A DNA stretch of 64,000 nucleotides from an uncultured Candidatus Saccharibacteria bacterium. Lineage in GTDB: Bacteria > Patescibacteriota > Minisyncoccia > UBA6257 > UBA9933. A program made the translations under genes and the position numbers. Below, piece after piece: positions 1 to 9,012 of the stretch. Below the pieces are notes generated by a model that was not told the origin of the DNA, did not search any database, and worked only from the letters and a program-made list of their open reading frames with translations. How positions within the stretch are numbered: position 1 is the first letter of the stretch; each line of letters starts with the position of its first letter. Location of the stretch: positions 968-64,967 of the forward strand of contig CAYRXZ010000002.1 of NCBI GenBank assembly GCA_964428615.1, read 5' to 3'.

Positions 1-57
1 TTTAAAATTATAACATAAGAAAAATAGAGTTTAAGGTATAAAAATAAAGTGCACAAA

Positions 58-95
58 CATTACGCTTATCTCGCTATAGCGAGATAAGCGTAATG
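58..95. terminator. Perfect 17-bp-stem palindromic hairpin (cattacgcttatctcgc-TATA-gcgagataagcgtaatg) directly 3' of the minus-strand LTD gene; likely intrinsic terminator
   Basis: Perfect inverted repeat read directly from the sequence. Abuts the minus-strand stop codon at 98-100 with T/A-rich flanks. The centre is CGCTATAGCG. Confidence 0.55.
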
Positions 96-97
96 TT

Positions 98-658
98 TTA
101 TTTATCATAATTATTTTTTGCAAATAATTCCAACTCTATAGAAATAAAAATAAAAAACGCCGATAAAACTAGCGCAATAAAAATGCCTATTGAAAAATTA
201 AGGGGGTGGAAATTATTATTTATAATAATTCCTGAATTAAAATTTTCCTGAGATATAGATATTGGAGCATTCATCAATTCGGATTCTTTTTCAATAATAT
301 TATCATCACCACCTGGAATAAATTTTCCATTTTCGGCGCGGATATAAACTTTACCATCGGCGGCCGTACCGCTATATTCCGCCTTATCAATCAAATTATC
401 AGTCTTGTCGTAAAGAAAAATCGTTTCGCCGTTATTATTTAAAGAAATTTTTGTAGTTTTATAATCCAGTGTTAAAGTCTCTTTGCTGGCAATTATATTT
501 TTATTTGTGGTAGAAAAAATAAATACTCTACTTGAAGCGTCTTTTATTCGCCAGCCGCTAAGATTAACTGCGATATTGCCATTATTAAACAATTTAATCC
601 ATTCACCATCGGTATCTTTACCAATTGGATTAGGGAGAAACTCATTAATAATTACCAT
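98..658 (-). CDS. Lamin-tail-domain (LTD) protein with C-terminal transmembrane anchor
   Basis: N-terminus INEFLPNP..GEWIKLFN..NLSGWRIKD matches the LTD signature. Hydrophobic C-terminal helix. Overlaps the ruvB start by 7 nt, so probably co-transcribed. Confidence 0.65.
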   Translation of the reverse strand: MVIINEFLPNPIGKDTDGEWIKLFNNGNIAVNLSGWRIKDASSRVFIFSTTNKNIIASKETLTLDYKTTKISLNNNGETIFLYDKTDNLIDKAEYSGTAADGKVYIRAENGKFIPGGDDNIIEKESELMNAPISISQENFNSGIIINNNFHPLNFSIGIFIALVLSAFFIFISIELELFAKNNYDK

Positions 659-1656
659 AATCCCAAATGCTGATATGCTTCTTGTGTCGCGATTCTGCCT
701 TGTGGAGTTCTTTGAATAAATCCTATTTTCATTAAATATGGTTCATATATTTCTTCTATTGTCCCTTTTTCTTCACCTAAAAACGAGGTTAAAACATTAA
801 TACCAACGGGCCTGTTGTGAAATTTAACTATAATTGCTTTTAAAAAATCGCGCTCACAAGTTTCAAGCCCAAGCTCGTCAACTTCAAAAAATTTAAGGGT
901 TTTATTAATAACTTCAGAATTTATGCTTTCTAGGTTATTCACTTCGGAAAAGTCGCGGGCGCGTTTTAATAACCGGTTTGCTGTTCGAGGAGTGAATCTT
1001 GAAGCTTTTGCCAACGCTAAAATCGCGCCTGAGTCCATATTAAGATTCATAAGATTCGCTGAGCGTTTTATTATTGTTTCTATTTCGCCAGAATTATAAT
1101 AATCAAAATGAAAAATTCCGCCAAATCTTGAACGCAACGGATTTGAAAGCAAGCTTGGCCTGGTAGTAGCGGCAATTAATGTAAAAGCCGGTAAATCTAT
1201 TGAAACAATTTTACTCGCTAATCCCTTCCCGACCATTAAACATAATTTTCTTGCTTCCATTGCTGGATATAAAATTTCTTCTATTGCCCGGGGAATTCTA
1301 TGGGCTTCGTCTATAAATAAAACATCACCATTTTCCAGATTTGAAAGCACCGCCGCCAAATCACCAAGTTTTTGGAGAGCTGTACCAGTAGCAGTTTTTA
1401 AATTAGCTCCTATTTCTTTAGCTGCTAAATTCGCTAATGTTGTCTTGCCAAGCCCTGCCGGGCCGTAAAACAGTAAATGGTCTGCCGATTCTTTCCTTTT
1501 TTTTGCCGCAGCTAAAATAAGGGCAAGGGCTTTCTTTATTTTCTCTTGTCCTATATAATCATTCCACGACACCGGTCTTAGTGCGGAATCTATAAATTCC
1601 TCATCGTTTTGTTTCTTCTTATTAATTTTAGTTTTAGATAAATTAATTTTAGACAT
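652..1656 (-). CDS. ruvB: Holliday junction branch-migration helicase RuvB
   Basis: AAA+ Walker A LLFYGPAGLGKTTLANLAAKE, Walker B LFIDEAHR, RuvB C-terminal winged-helix region. Full length, 334 aa. Confidence 0.93.
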   Translation of the reverse strand: MSKINLSKTKINKKKQNDEEFIDSALRPVSWNDYIGQEKIKKALALILAAAKKRKESADHLLFYGPAGLGKTTLANLAAKEIGANLKTATGTALQKLGDLAAVLSNLENGDVLFIDEAHRIPRAIEEILYPAMEARKLCLMVGKGLASKIVSIDLPAFTLIAATTRPSLLSNPLRSRFGGIFHFDYYNSGEIETIIKRSANLMNLNMDSGAILALAKASRFTPRTANRLLKRARDFSEVNNLESINSEVINKTLKFFEVDELGLETCERDFLKAIIVKFHNRPVGINVLTSFLGEEKGTIEEIYEPYLMKIGFIQRTPQGRIATQEAYQHLGLW

Positions 1657-1742
1657 ATTATTTGGTGTCCTATCCCCACACCGAACACTTAGTTAAGTGG
1701 GGTTGACTTTTACAATAAAGTGTGCTATATTGATTTTAATTA

Positions 1743-1906
1743 AATATTAGACCGTCTAATCCTGTGGGCTCTAGAGAATTTTTTTTAGATCACGGAATAT
1801 CTGGCTCCGGCTGGAGATCTCCTCGGAAAAATTCTTAATCTCTTTTTTATAAAAGAGTTTCAATTCTCGTCCGAGAATCGCCCACAGAATTAGGCGGTTT
1901 TATAAT
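1743..1906. repeat. Imperfect ~27-bp terminal inverted repeats (22/27 matches) flanking a ~110-bp core with internal palindromes (GGAGATCTCC; CTCTTTT-TTAT-AAAAGAG); MITE-like or structured intergenic element
   Basis: Left arm aatattagaccgtctaatcctgtgggc (1743-1769) against the reverse complement of the right arm gcccacagaattaggcggttttataat (1880-1906). Lies in the ruvB-pilB intergenic region. Confidence 0.3.
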
Positions 1907-3630
1907 TCAATTAACCCAGTTGTATTTTCTACCTCCTCAAAGGTGGTTATCCCGGAAATTACTTTTAAAATTCCGTCCTCCTGCATTAATACTATTCCTT
2001 TTTTTTCAGCTAGTTCTTTAATACCAATTTCTGTTGGGTTTTTGCCTATTAATAATTCCATATCGCCATCAACCAAAAGAAGTTCAAATACTCCCACTCT
2101 ACCTTTATATCCTAAATTATTACACTTATTACATCCTTTTTGTTCAAAAATTTTAATGTTTGATTTATAAAAATCTTTATCTATTCTATCTGGCAATTTT
2201 TCAATGAAATTTTTTATCTTGCCCTCTAATTCAACGTCTATTTTCTTTTCGACCTTACAATTTTCGCAAAGCTTTCTTACTAAACGCTGAGCAATTATCA
2301 TATTAACCGCCGGCGCAAGCACGGAAGTTTTAACCCCTAAATCCAACATTCTCGGAATCGCGCCCGATGCGTCATTTGTATGAAGAGTTGAAAATACCAA
2401 GTGGCCGGTTAATGAAGCATGAATTGCTATTTCGGCAGTTTCTAAATCCCTAATTTCACCAATTAAAATCATATCCGGGTCCTGCCTTAATAAAGAACGT
2501 AAACCACTTGAAAAGTTATACCCGGCCTCAGGGTCAACTTGTGTCTGCTCTATGCCCTCAAGATGATATTCTATTGGGTCTTCAATGGTGATTGTTTTTG
2601 ACTCTGATTTTTGAGTGTGTTGTAAAAAAGCGTAAAGAGTTGTTGTTTTTCCGGAACCGGTAGGACCGGTATTCAAAATCATTCCATTGGGCTTTGAAAG
2701 TTCTCTTTCAACTATTTCCAAATCATCTTTTCTAAACCCCAATTGGGGCAGTTCCACATGAATTGCATCTGGATTTAAAATTCTTAAAACCACAGTCTCT
2801 CCAAACTCTGAAGGATTGATTGATGTTCTTATTTCTATTTCTTTATCGGATAAAGAAATAGTAAAGCGGCCATCTTGAGCTTGATTGTCTACATTAATTT
2901 TAAGACCAGAAAGAAGTTTTATACGAGAAACAATACTAATATGAATTTTTGACTTTAATCCATTAAAAATATCATATAATAAGCCGTCTATTCTTAAACG
3001 AATTTTTGCTGAATCTTCTGATGGTTCAAAGTGAATATCTGACGCCCTCATAGAAAGAGCTCCAGCTAAAATAGCTTCCAAAATTTCACCAGTGTACCTA
3101 ATATCTTCATTCATCTTTCCTATTGAGTTATTTATACTCTGCAAGGAAACAAGTTCTTTTTTGAGCGCTACTAGTTTTTCTTCTTTAATTTTAATCCTAC
3201 CAGTAATGTTTTCCCCTTTTTGAGAGATAAATCTATAAAAATTCCAGATGTTATTCAACCCACTCAATGAAGTTGTGAAAACAGAAACAAAGTACCCTTG
3301 GGATTTTAACTTTTCGATAATTTTTTTTACTTCAAAGTCTTCTGAAGAAAAAACCGCCAAGGCAATTTTTTTTTCTTTAAATTCAACCGCTGCGAGTTTG
3401 GCGTTTTTTGCTTCTTCTTCGGGTATTAAAGAAAGCGCTTCTATATTTATTGATGTGGCTGATAGGTCAACATAAGGAAAGCCTGTTTTTTCCGCCCGAC
3501 GCTTAGCATCTCTTTCTTCGGCCTCACGTCTCATATTCGCCAATTTATCTTTTATTTTTAAAAAAGAGTTTTTGGGATTCATTTGTATAAATAATAAGGG
3601 CAAAATAATAAATAGTAAAGCTGAAACCAC
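1900..3630 (-). CDS. Type II secretion / type IV pilus assembly ATPase (GspE/PilB family)
   Basis: Walker A LNTGPTGSGKTTTLYAFL, Asp/His boxes, C-terminal tetracysteine zinc motif (CENC...CNKC). The first ~16 residues are hydrophobic, so the true start is probably an internal Met (MNPKN.. or MRREAEE..). Confidence 0.88.
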   Translation of the reverse strand: MVSALLFIILPLLFIQMNPKNSFLKIKDKLANMRREAEERDAKRRAEKTGFPYVDLSATSINIEALSLIPEEEAKNAKLAAVEFKEKKIALAVFSSEDFEVKKIIEKLKSQGYFVSVFTTSLSGLNNIWNFYRFISQKGENITGRIKIKEEKLVALKKELVSLQSINNSIGKMNEDIRYTGEILEAILAGALSMRASDIHFEPSEDSAKIRLRIDGLLYDIFNGLKSKIHISIVSRIKLLSGLKINVDNQAQDGRFTISLSDKEIEIRTSINPSEFGETVVLRILNPDAIHVELPQLGFRKDDLEIVERELSKPNGMILNTGPTGSGKTTTLYAFLQHTQKSESKTITIEDPIEYHLEGIEQTQVDPEAGYNFSSGLRSLLRQDPDMILIGEIRDLETAEIAIHASLTGHLVFSTLHTNDASGAIPRMLDLGVKTSVLAPAVNMIIAQRLVRKLCENCKVEKKIDVELEGKIKNFIEKLPDRIDKDFYKSNIKIFEQKGCNKCNNLGYKGRVGVFELLLVDGDMELLIGKNPTEIGIKELAEKKGIVLMQEDGILKVISGITTFEEVENTTGLIEL

Positions 3631-3634
3631 TAAG

Positions 3635-3662
3635 TTGACAAATTAAAAAAAGGTGGTATACT
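3635..3662 (+). promoter_or_regulatory. Near-consensus sigma70-type promoter: TTGACA, 16-nt spacer, TATACT
   Basis: TTGACA at 3635-3640 and TATACT at 3657-3662. Followed by a strong Shine-Dalgarno (aaaggagg, and gaggagggg before the 3752 ATG). Confidence 0.55.
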
Positions 3663-3751
3663 GCATTGTAGCGACATTGAAATAACTAAATATCAAAAAG
3701 GAGGTTTAAGTATGGAAACAAAAAATAAAAAATCCGAGGAGGGGAAAGATT

Positions 3752-4279
3752 ATGCGAGTTATCATAATAATTGCAAGATTTTTACTGGTAGTGGTTGTGG
3801 CGACAACGATGTTGTCGGGTTGCGCTGTAATGACCACGAAAGCGAAACCCCCAATCATCATCACGGGACCAATGGGGATACAAACAGACAGAGACAGCTA
3901 CAGGCTGATTCGAATTAAGAACGCCAGTCAGGCGTACTGGCGATTCTGGCTCGGGGCAAACAGACAAGAATTTATCCTGTTTCCGGGTAGAGTCTTGTTT
4001 GTAAAAATGCCCAATAACTTCTGGGGAAAATGCCAGGGGTTTTGGTCCCACGCATACATGGAAGTCAACAACAACGGCACGGTTGATATTTCAACCTTCG
4101 CAGGAGAACAATGGTCCCAGGTTTGTATAACCGGGAATAAGTGGATATGTGAAACTGGGGAAGTCATCGGTGGAGACATCGTCTTTGGTGGAATACCTCA
4201 GTCTAATTATCATTATCCCACTCATTTTAGTGTTTCAGTTCCATTTGTACCTGTGGGTTTGCACCTACAAACGCGTTAA
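3752..4279 (+). CDS. Secreted lipoprotein (signal peptide plus lipobox L-S-G-C), unknown function; gene is GC-rich relative to surroundings
   Basis: MRVIIIIARFLLVVVVATTMLSGC is a classic lipoprotein signal peptide. The body of the gene is about 50% GC against about 30% in the flanks. An alternative 68-aa ORF in another frame starting at the 3712 ATG has an even better Shine-Dalgarno site. Confidence 0.6.
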   Translation: MRVIIIIARFLLVVVVATTMLSGCAVMTTKAKPPIIITGPMGIQTDRDSYRLIRIKNASQAYWRFWLGANRQEFILFPGRVLFVKMPNNFWGKCQGFWSHAYMEVNNNGTVDISTFAGEQWSQVCITGNKWICETGEVIGGDIVFGGIPQSNYHYPTHFSVSVPFVPVGLHLQTR

Positions 4280-4295
4280 CCTCCCAATTCTTAGT

Positions 4296-4350
4296 CCCCG
4301 CGACTCGCAATGGCATTCCAAACCAAAGCGAATCGTGGGGCATTTTTTAT
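4296..4350 (+). terminator. Intrinsic terminator: 13-bp stem (one mismatch, one G-U pair) followed by T-rich tract
   Basis: ccccgcgactcgc ... gcgaatcgtgggg, then cattttttattgattttttt, directly after the lipoprotein stop. Confidence 0.5.
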
Positions 4351-4404
4351 TGATTTTTTTATAAACTTCTTGATTATAAATTAATAAATTTATAAAATAG
4401 TGGT

Positions 4405-4941
4405 ATGTCAGGACACTCTCATTGGGCGGGGATAAAACATAAAAAAGGCGCGGCAGACCAAAAACGCGGTTTGGTTTTTTCAAAACTTTTAAACGCAATT
4501 TCTATCGCCACTAAAACCGAATCTAATCCTCAGTTCAACCCGCGACTAAGAACAGCTATTGAAAAAGCCCAACAAAAAAATGTCCCAAAAGATAATATTG
4601 AACGGGCGGTTAAGCGCGCATCTGAACAAAAAGATTTAGAGGAACTTATCATTGAAGCTTATGGACCAGAAGGCTCAGCTATTTTAATAGAGGCTATAAC
4701 CGATAGTCGCAATCGGACAATTTCAGAGGTTAAAAAGATTTTGAGCGATAATAATGCGAAATTCGGCGAACAAGGAAGTGTGCGTTGGGCTTTTGAAAAT
4801 ATAAATGGTGACGATGGAATTATTTGGCAAATAAAATTTAAACAAGAAATATCTAAAGACGCCAAACAAAAACTTCAAGGATTAATCAAAAAACTTGAAG
4901 AGCGCGACGACATACAAAATATTTATACAAATATAAATTAA
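4405..4941 (+). CDS. yebC: YebC/PmpR-family transcriptional regulator (short form, 178 aa)
   Basis: N-terminus MSGHSHWAGIKHKKGAADQKRG..FSKL is the YebC signature. Classic yebC-ruvC adjacency. About 70 aa shorter than the canonical ~245 aa protein. Confidence 0.8.
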   Translation: MSGHSHWAGIKHKKGAADQKRGLVFSKLLNAISIATKTESNPQFNPRLRTAIEKAQQKNVPKDNIERAVKRASEQKDLEELIIEAYGPEGSAILIEAITDSRNRTISEVKKILSDNNAKFGEQGSVRWAFENINGDDGIIWQIKFKQEISKDAKQKLQGLIKKLEERDDIQNIYTNIN

Positions 4942-4950
4942 AATAATTTT

Positions 4951-5406
4951 ATGATTATTCTTGGTATTGACCCTGGCAGCACAAGGATCGGCTATGGACT
5001 CATAGAAAAATCCGGCGGCAAATTAAAATTTATAAAAGCCGGTTTGTTAAAAATAAAAGCTAAAGATAAATGTGAACGATTGGTTGATTTAGAAAAATCT
5101 TTTTCTGTATTAATTAAAAAAGAAAAACCCGATCAAGTTGTGATGGAAAAACTTTATTTTGTAAAAAATCAAAAAACTGGTCTTGAGGTAGCACAATCTA
5201 GAGGTGTTTTAACTCTTTTAATAACTAAAAATAAAATACCACTTCTTGAATTAACACCACTTGAAATAAAACAGGGTGTGACGGGGTATGGAATGGCAGA
5301 TAAAAAATCTGTTGCTAAGATGGTTGCAAAAATTTTAAAAATAGATAAAATCAACGATTATGATGACGCCACTGACGCATTAGCAGCGGCTATCACTGGA
5401 AGTTAG
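4951..5406 (+). CDS. ruvC: Crossover junction endodeoxyribonuclease RuvC
   Basis: MIILGIDPGSTRIGYGLIE N-terminal RNase-H-fold motif. 151 aa. Located downstream of yebC. Confidence 0.88.
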   Translation: MIILGIDPGSTRIGYGLIEKSGGKLKFIKAGLLKIKAKDKCERLVDLEKSFSVLIKKEKPDQVVMEKLYFVKNQKTGLEVAQSRGVLTLLITKNKIPLLELTPLEIKQGVTGYGMADKKSVAKMVAKILKIDKINDYDDATDALAAAITGS

Positions 5407-5476
5407 ATAAAAAATAAATAATATAATTTTTACACATAACCAAAAAGGTCGTTTGATTATAAAACAATATTTGATC

Positions 5477-5614
5477 ATGGCTATGGATTACGACGAAGAT
5501 TCAAAAACTCCAAAAGAAGATAACGAAGATCTTGACGGTTTCTCTATTGAAGGGGACGATAAAGAAGAGGATGAAAAAGAAGATTTTGAAGACGAAGAAA
5601 AATATCTTGAATGA
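5477..5614 (+). CDS. Candidate 45-aa highly acidic micro-protein (MAMDYDEDSKTPKEDNEDLDGFSIEGDDKEEDEKEDFEDEEKYLE); stop overlaps PBP1A start (ATGA)
   Basis: Manual translation. Not in the ORF track because it is under 60 aa. Overlaps the PBP1A ATG by 4 nt, suggesting translational coupling. No database support is possible here. Confidence 0.3.
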   Translation: MAMDYDEDSKTPKEDNEDLDGFSIEGDDKEEDEKEDFEDEEKYLE

Positions 5615-7713
5615 AAAATAGAAAACGCTTTATATTAAAACTCACAGGCTTATTTATATTGGCCTGTTTGTTATTGGGAGTATGGGGATTAATTAGTATC
5701 GCGAAAATGGCACAAGAACTGCCGAACCCGGGAGAATTTATAGATGGGCAAATTACTCAATCAACTAAAATTTATGATCGTACAGGTGAGGTCTTACTTT
5801 ATGAAATTCATGGAGATGAAAAAAGAACTGTTATTCTTTTTGAAGAAATCCCCGATTATGCCAAAAAGGCAACACTAGCCATAGAAGACCAGAGTTTTTA
5901 TGAACATGCAGCAATGGATATAAAGGGTACTATTAGGGCATTAATCGCCGATATAACATCGGGCGATATGTCCCAAGGGGGGTCAACTATTACACAACAA
6001 CTTGCAAGAAATACATTCTTAACGCCGGAAAAAACAATAAAAAGAAAAATAAAAGAACTTATTTTAGCGAATTGGATAGAAGAAAAATATACTAAAGATA
6101 AAATTTTAGAATTATATCTCAATCAAATTCCCTATGGTACAAACGCTTATGGAATAGAGTCTGCTAGTCAAACATATTTCAATAAACCAGCCAAAAATCT
6201 TTCATTGGCTGAATCAGCGACATTAGCAGCAATGATTCAAGCGCCATCTTATTATTCTCCATGGGGAACTCATGTTGATGAATTAATATCTAGAAAGAAT
6301 TATGTTTTAGACCAAATGTATAATTTGGGTTTTATAGACACACAAGAAAAAGATAGCGCCAAGAAGGTCGAGCTTGTTTTCACTAGTCAAAATATTGGGA
6401 AAATTAAAGCTCCACATTTTGTAATGATGATAAAAGATTATTTAAGCCAGAAATATGGCGAAGACATAGTTGAAAAGGGTGGGTTGAAAGTTATTACTAC
6501 TCTTGATTGGGGCCTTCAACAACTTGCTGAAAAAATAATTGAAACTGGTGCGCAAAGAAACACTGAATTATATCAAGGTAAAAACGCAGCCATGGTAGCG
6601 CAAGACCCTAAAACTGGCCAGATTTTAGTATTAGTAGGATCAAAAGATTATTTTGACAACTCTATTGATGGAAAATTCAATGTTGCAGTTCAAGGGTTAA
6701 GACAACCAGGGTCGTCTTTTAAACCATTTGCATATATTACTGCTTTTGAAAAGGGTTATTCTCCAAACGCTGTAATTTTTGACCTACCAACAGAGTTTTC
6801 TTCATATACTGATATATGTCCGTTAATAAATATAAACTATGACAACAAAAATTCACTTTGTTTTCACCCACAAAACTTTGACGGCGATTTCCGTGGACCG
6901 ATTAATTTAAGAAATAGCCTAGCTCAGTCAGTGAATATATCCTCTGTTAAGGTTCTTTATCTTGCTGGCTTGGTAGATACAATACAAACAGCTCAAAAAT
7001 TTGGATTAAGCACAATAAATGATCCGGCACGTTATGGACTTTCACTTGTTTTGGGTGGCGGCGAAATTAAATTAATTGATATGGTTGGAGCTTATTCTAT
7101 TTTCTCACAAGAGGGAATAAAACATAACCAAGTCATGATATTAGAGGTAAATAATTCAAATGGAGAAATTTTAGAAAAATATATTGATCAAGCGATTAGG
7201 GTAATTGACCAACAATATCCAAAACTTATAAATAATATTCTTTCTGATAATGAAGCTCGGTCTGGATTGTTCCAAGGAAGCTTAGGTTTAACTGTTTTTC
7301 CAGGTAGAGATGTCGCGCTTAAAACAGGAACTACTAATGATTATAAAGATGCGTGGACTATGGGCTACACCCCATCCTTAGTTGTTGGTGTTTGGGCGGG
7401 AAATAGTGATAATACCCCAATGCAAAAACATGCTGGTAGTATTTTAGCAGCTGTCCCAATTTGGAGTGAATTTATAAATACAGCGCTTTTAAATTATCCA
7501 ATGGAATTTTTTAATAAACCCGACGAAATTATTGAGAATAATAAACCAATGATGAATGGAAAATATATTATCAATAATCAAATTCATAATATTTTATATT
7601 ATGTAGATAAAAATAATCCGACCGGACCACAACCTATAAACCCAGAATTAGATTCTCAATATTGGAATTGGGAATTACCAATAAGAAACTGGTGGCAAAA
7701 CCTACCCGGCTAA
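5611..7713 (+). CDS. Class A penicillin-binding protein (PBP1A-type bifunctional transglycosylase/transpeptidase)
   Basis: N-terminal TM anchor. GT51 motifs (EDQSFYEH, GGSTITQQLARN). Transpeptidase SxxK region (GSSFKP), SxN, KTGT. Confidence 0.9.
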   Translation: MKNRKRFILKLTGLFILACLLLGVWGLISIAKMAQELPNPGEFIDGQITQSTKIYDRTGEVLLYEIHGDEKRTVILFEEIPDYAKKATLAIEDQSFYEHAAMDIKGTIRALIADITSGDMSQGGSTITQQLARNTFLTPEKTIKRKIKELILANWIEEKYTKDKILELYLNQIPYGTNAYGIESASQTYFNKPAKNLSLAESATLAAMIQAPSYYSPWGTHVDELISRKNYVLDQMYNLGFIDTQEKDSAKKVELVFTSQNIGKIKAPHFVMMIKDYLSQKYGEDIVEKGGLKVITTLDWGLQQLAEKIIETGAQRNTELYQGKNAAMVAQDPKTGQILVLVGSKDYFDNSIDGKFNVAVQGLRQPGSSFKPFAYITAFEKGYSPNAVIFDLPTEFSSYTDICPLININYDNKNSLCFHPQNFDGDFRGPINLRNSLAQSVNISSVKVLYLAGLVDTIQTAQKFGLSTINDPARYGLSLVLGGGEIKLIDMVGAYSIFSQEGIKHNQVMILEVNNSNGEILEKYIDQAIRVIDQQYPKLINNILSDNEARSGLFQGSLGLTVFPGRDVALKTGTTNDYKDAWTMGYTPSLVVGVWAGNSDNTPMQKHAGSILAAVPIWSEFINTALLNYPMEFFNKPDEIIENNKPMMNGKYIINNQIHNILYYVDKNNPTGPQPINPELDSQYWNWELPIRNWWQNLPG

Positions 7714-7714
7714 A

Positions 7715-8833
7715 TTAATTAGCATTTATAGGCATTAAAATATAAAAACAAGATATATCTGTTGGTGATTTTATTAAAACTGGTTTATTTCCACCATTAA
7801 ATCCAAAAAATATATTATCTGAATTAATAGATTTAATTCCATCTATAATAAATCTCCAATTAAAAATTATTTCAACGCCCGCGCCCTTTATTTTCGCCGG
7901 TATTAAATAATTATTCTCTCCAAGTGATTGATTTGAAGAAAAAACTTTAATATTTTTTGAATTATCTTTTATAGAAATTTTTATCTCATTTAATTTATCC
8001 GTAAAAGAGCTTACTAATTTTAACGCTGAAATTAATTGCTCTTTTTCAAATATAGTTTCAGTTTCAAAAGATTGAGGAATAATTATTTGATAATCAGGAA
8101 ATTCACCACTAATTAAACGTGAAATAATTTCACAATTTTCATTTTTAAATAAAACCTGATTAGAATCAAAATAAATTTTTATTTCCCCATCTTCATTTTT
8201 AAAATTTCTTATTATTTCGTGTATTGTTTTTAAGGGAATTATAATTTTAAAATTATCTTCTATTTCTGTTTTAAATTGGGTATTTATTATTGTTTTTTCA
8301 GCAAGTCTAAAACTATCAGTAACAACAATTTTAAAATAATTATTTTGGAAATCAAAAAGTGCACCACTTAGTTCTGGTTTTATTTCTGAAATTTGACCAG
8401 CTCCAACGACAGACATAAAAGCGTTTTTAATTAAAGATGATGATATTTTAATAAATAAATCATTTTTTATTTGAGGAATTATTGGAAAATCATCTTTTTT
8501 TCCAATATGAATCTTGGCTTGATAATTATCTGTTTTTATAAATAAATAACCACCTTCAGTTTCAAGATTTATTCTTTCACTTTGAATATTATTTATAATT
8601 AAATTAAAAATATTAAATGGAATAGTAAAAATTCCACCTTCAACAACCTTACACGGAATAAATGCCGTAACTGCTATTTCAAGATTTGTGGCTAATAATT
8701 TTATTTTATTATCAATTGTTTCTAATAAAAAATTTTTTAAAACTGGTAAAGCGGCGGAATTATTATCCATTCCAACTTTTCCAATTATATCCAATCCTGT
8801 TTTAAGATTATTTTTTAAAATTATTATTTTCAT
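7715..8833 (-). CDS. dnaN: DNA polymerase III beta sliding clamp DnaN
   Basis: 372 aa, three-domain size. Lies immediately downstream of dnaA in the same orientation. N-terminus MKIIILKNNL.. is clamp-like. Sequence is divergent, so the call rests mostly on synteny and size. Confidence 0.75.
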   Translation of the reverse strand: MKIIILKNNLKTGLDIIGKVGMDNNSAALPVLKNFLLETIDNKIKLLATNLEIAVTAFIPCKVVEGGIFTIPFNIFNLIINNIQSERINLETEGGYLFIKTDNYQAKIHIGKKDDFPIIPQIKNDLFIKISSSLIKNAFMSVVGAGQISEIKPELSGALFDFQNNYFKIVVTDSFRLAEKTIINTQFKTEIEDNFKIIIPLKTIHEIIRNFKNEDGEIKIYFDSNQVLFKNENCEIISRLISGEFPDYQIIIPQSFETETIFEKEQLISALKLVSSFTDKLNEIKISIKDNSKNIKVFSSNQSLGENNYLIPAKIKGAGVEIIFNWRFIIDGIKSINSDNIFFGFNGGNKPVLIKSPTDISCFYILMPINAN

Positions 8834-9012
8834 ATATTTTTATAATAACTCCTATTATAATATATTAATAAATAATAGTAGTAGTTAGTGTGGTTAATTA
8901 TGTTAATTAGTTTTTAATATAATGTATTTATTGATTAAATTTTAAGTTTATTTTTTTATAACAACTTAATTAAAACTTAATTAATAGTGGAAAACTAAAA
9001 ATAATATTTTTA
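8834..9012. promoter_or_regulatory. dnaA-dnaN intergenic AT-rich region with DnaA-box-like motifs (TGTGGTTAA, AGTGGAAAA); candidate DNA-unwinding element and second half of a bipartite oriC
   Basis: About 85-90% AT over 180 bp. 9-mers one or two mismatches from the TGTGGATAA consensus. Repeated cttaatta motifs. Position is analogous to the Bacillus-type oriC between dnaA and dnaN. Confidence 0.4.

Noticed and set aside
1943-3475. Plus-strand ORFs 1943-2170 and 3248-3475 inside the pilB-like gene
   Set aside because: They are antisense to a confidently identified ATPase gene and show low-complexity translations.
3712-3918. 68-aa ORF with an excellent Shine-Dalgarno site overlapping the lipoprotein gene in another frame
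   Set aside because: Not called as the main CDS because the 3752 frame encodes a textbook signal peptide plus lipobox and a longer protein. It is kept as an open alternative, possibly a leader peptide.
3782-4179. Minus-strand ORFs 3782-4051 and 3928-4179 across the lipoprotein island
   Set aside because: A GC-rich segment inflates antisense ORF length by chance. There is no start context or domain signal.
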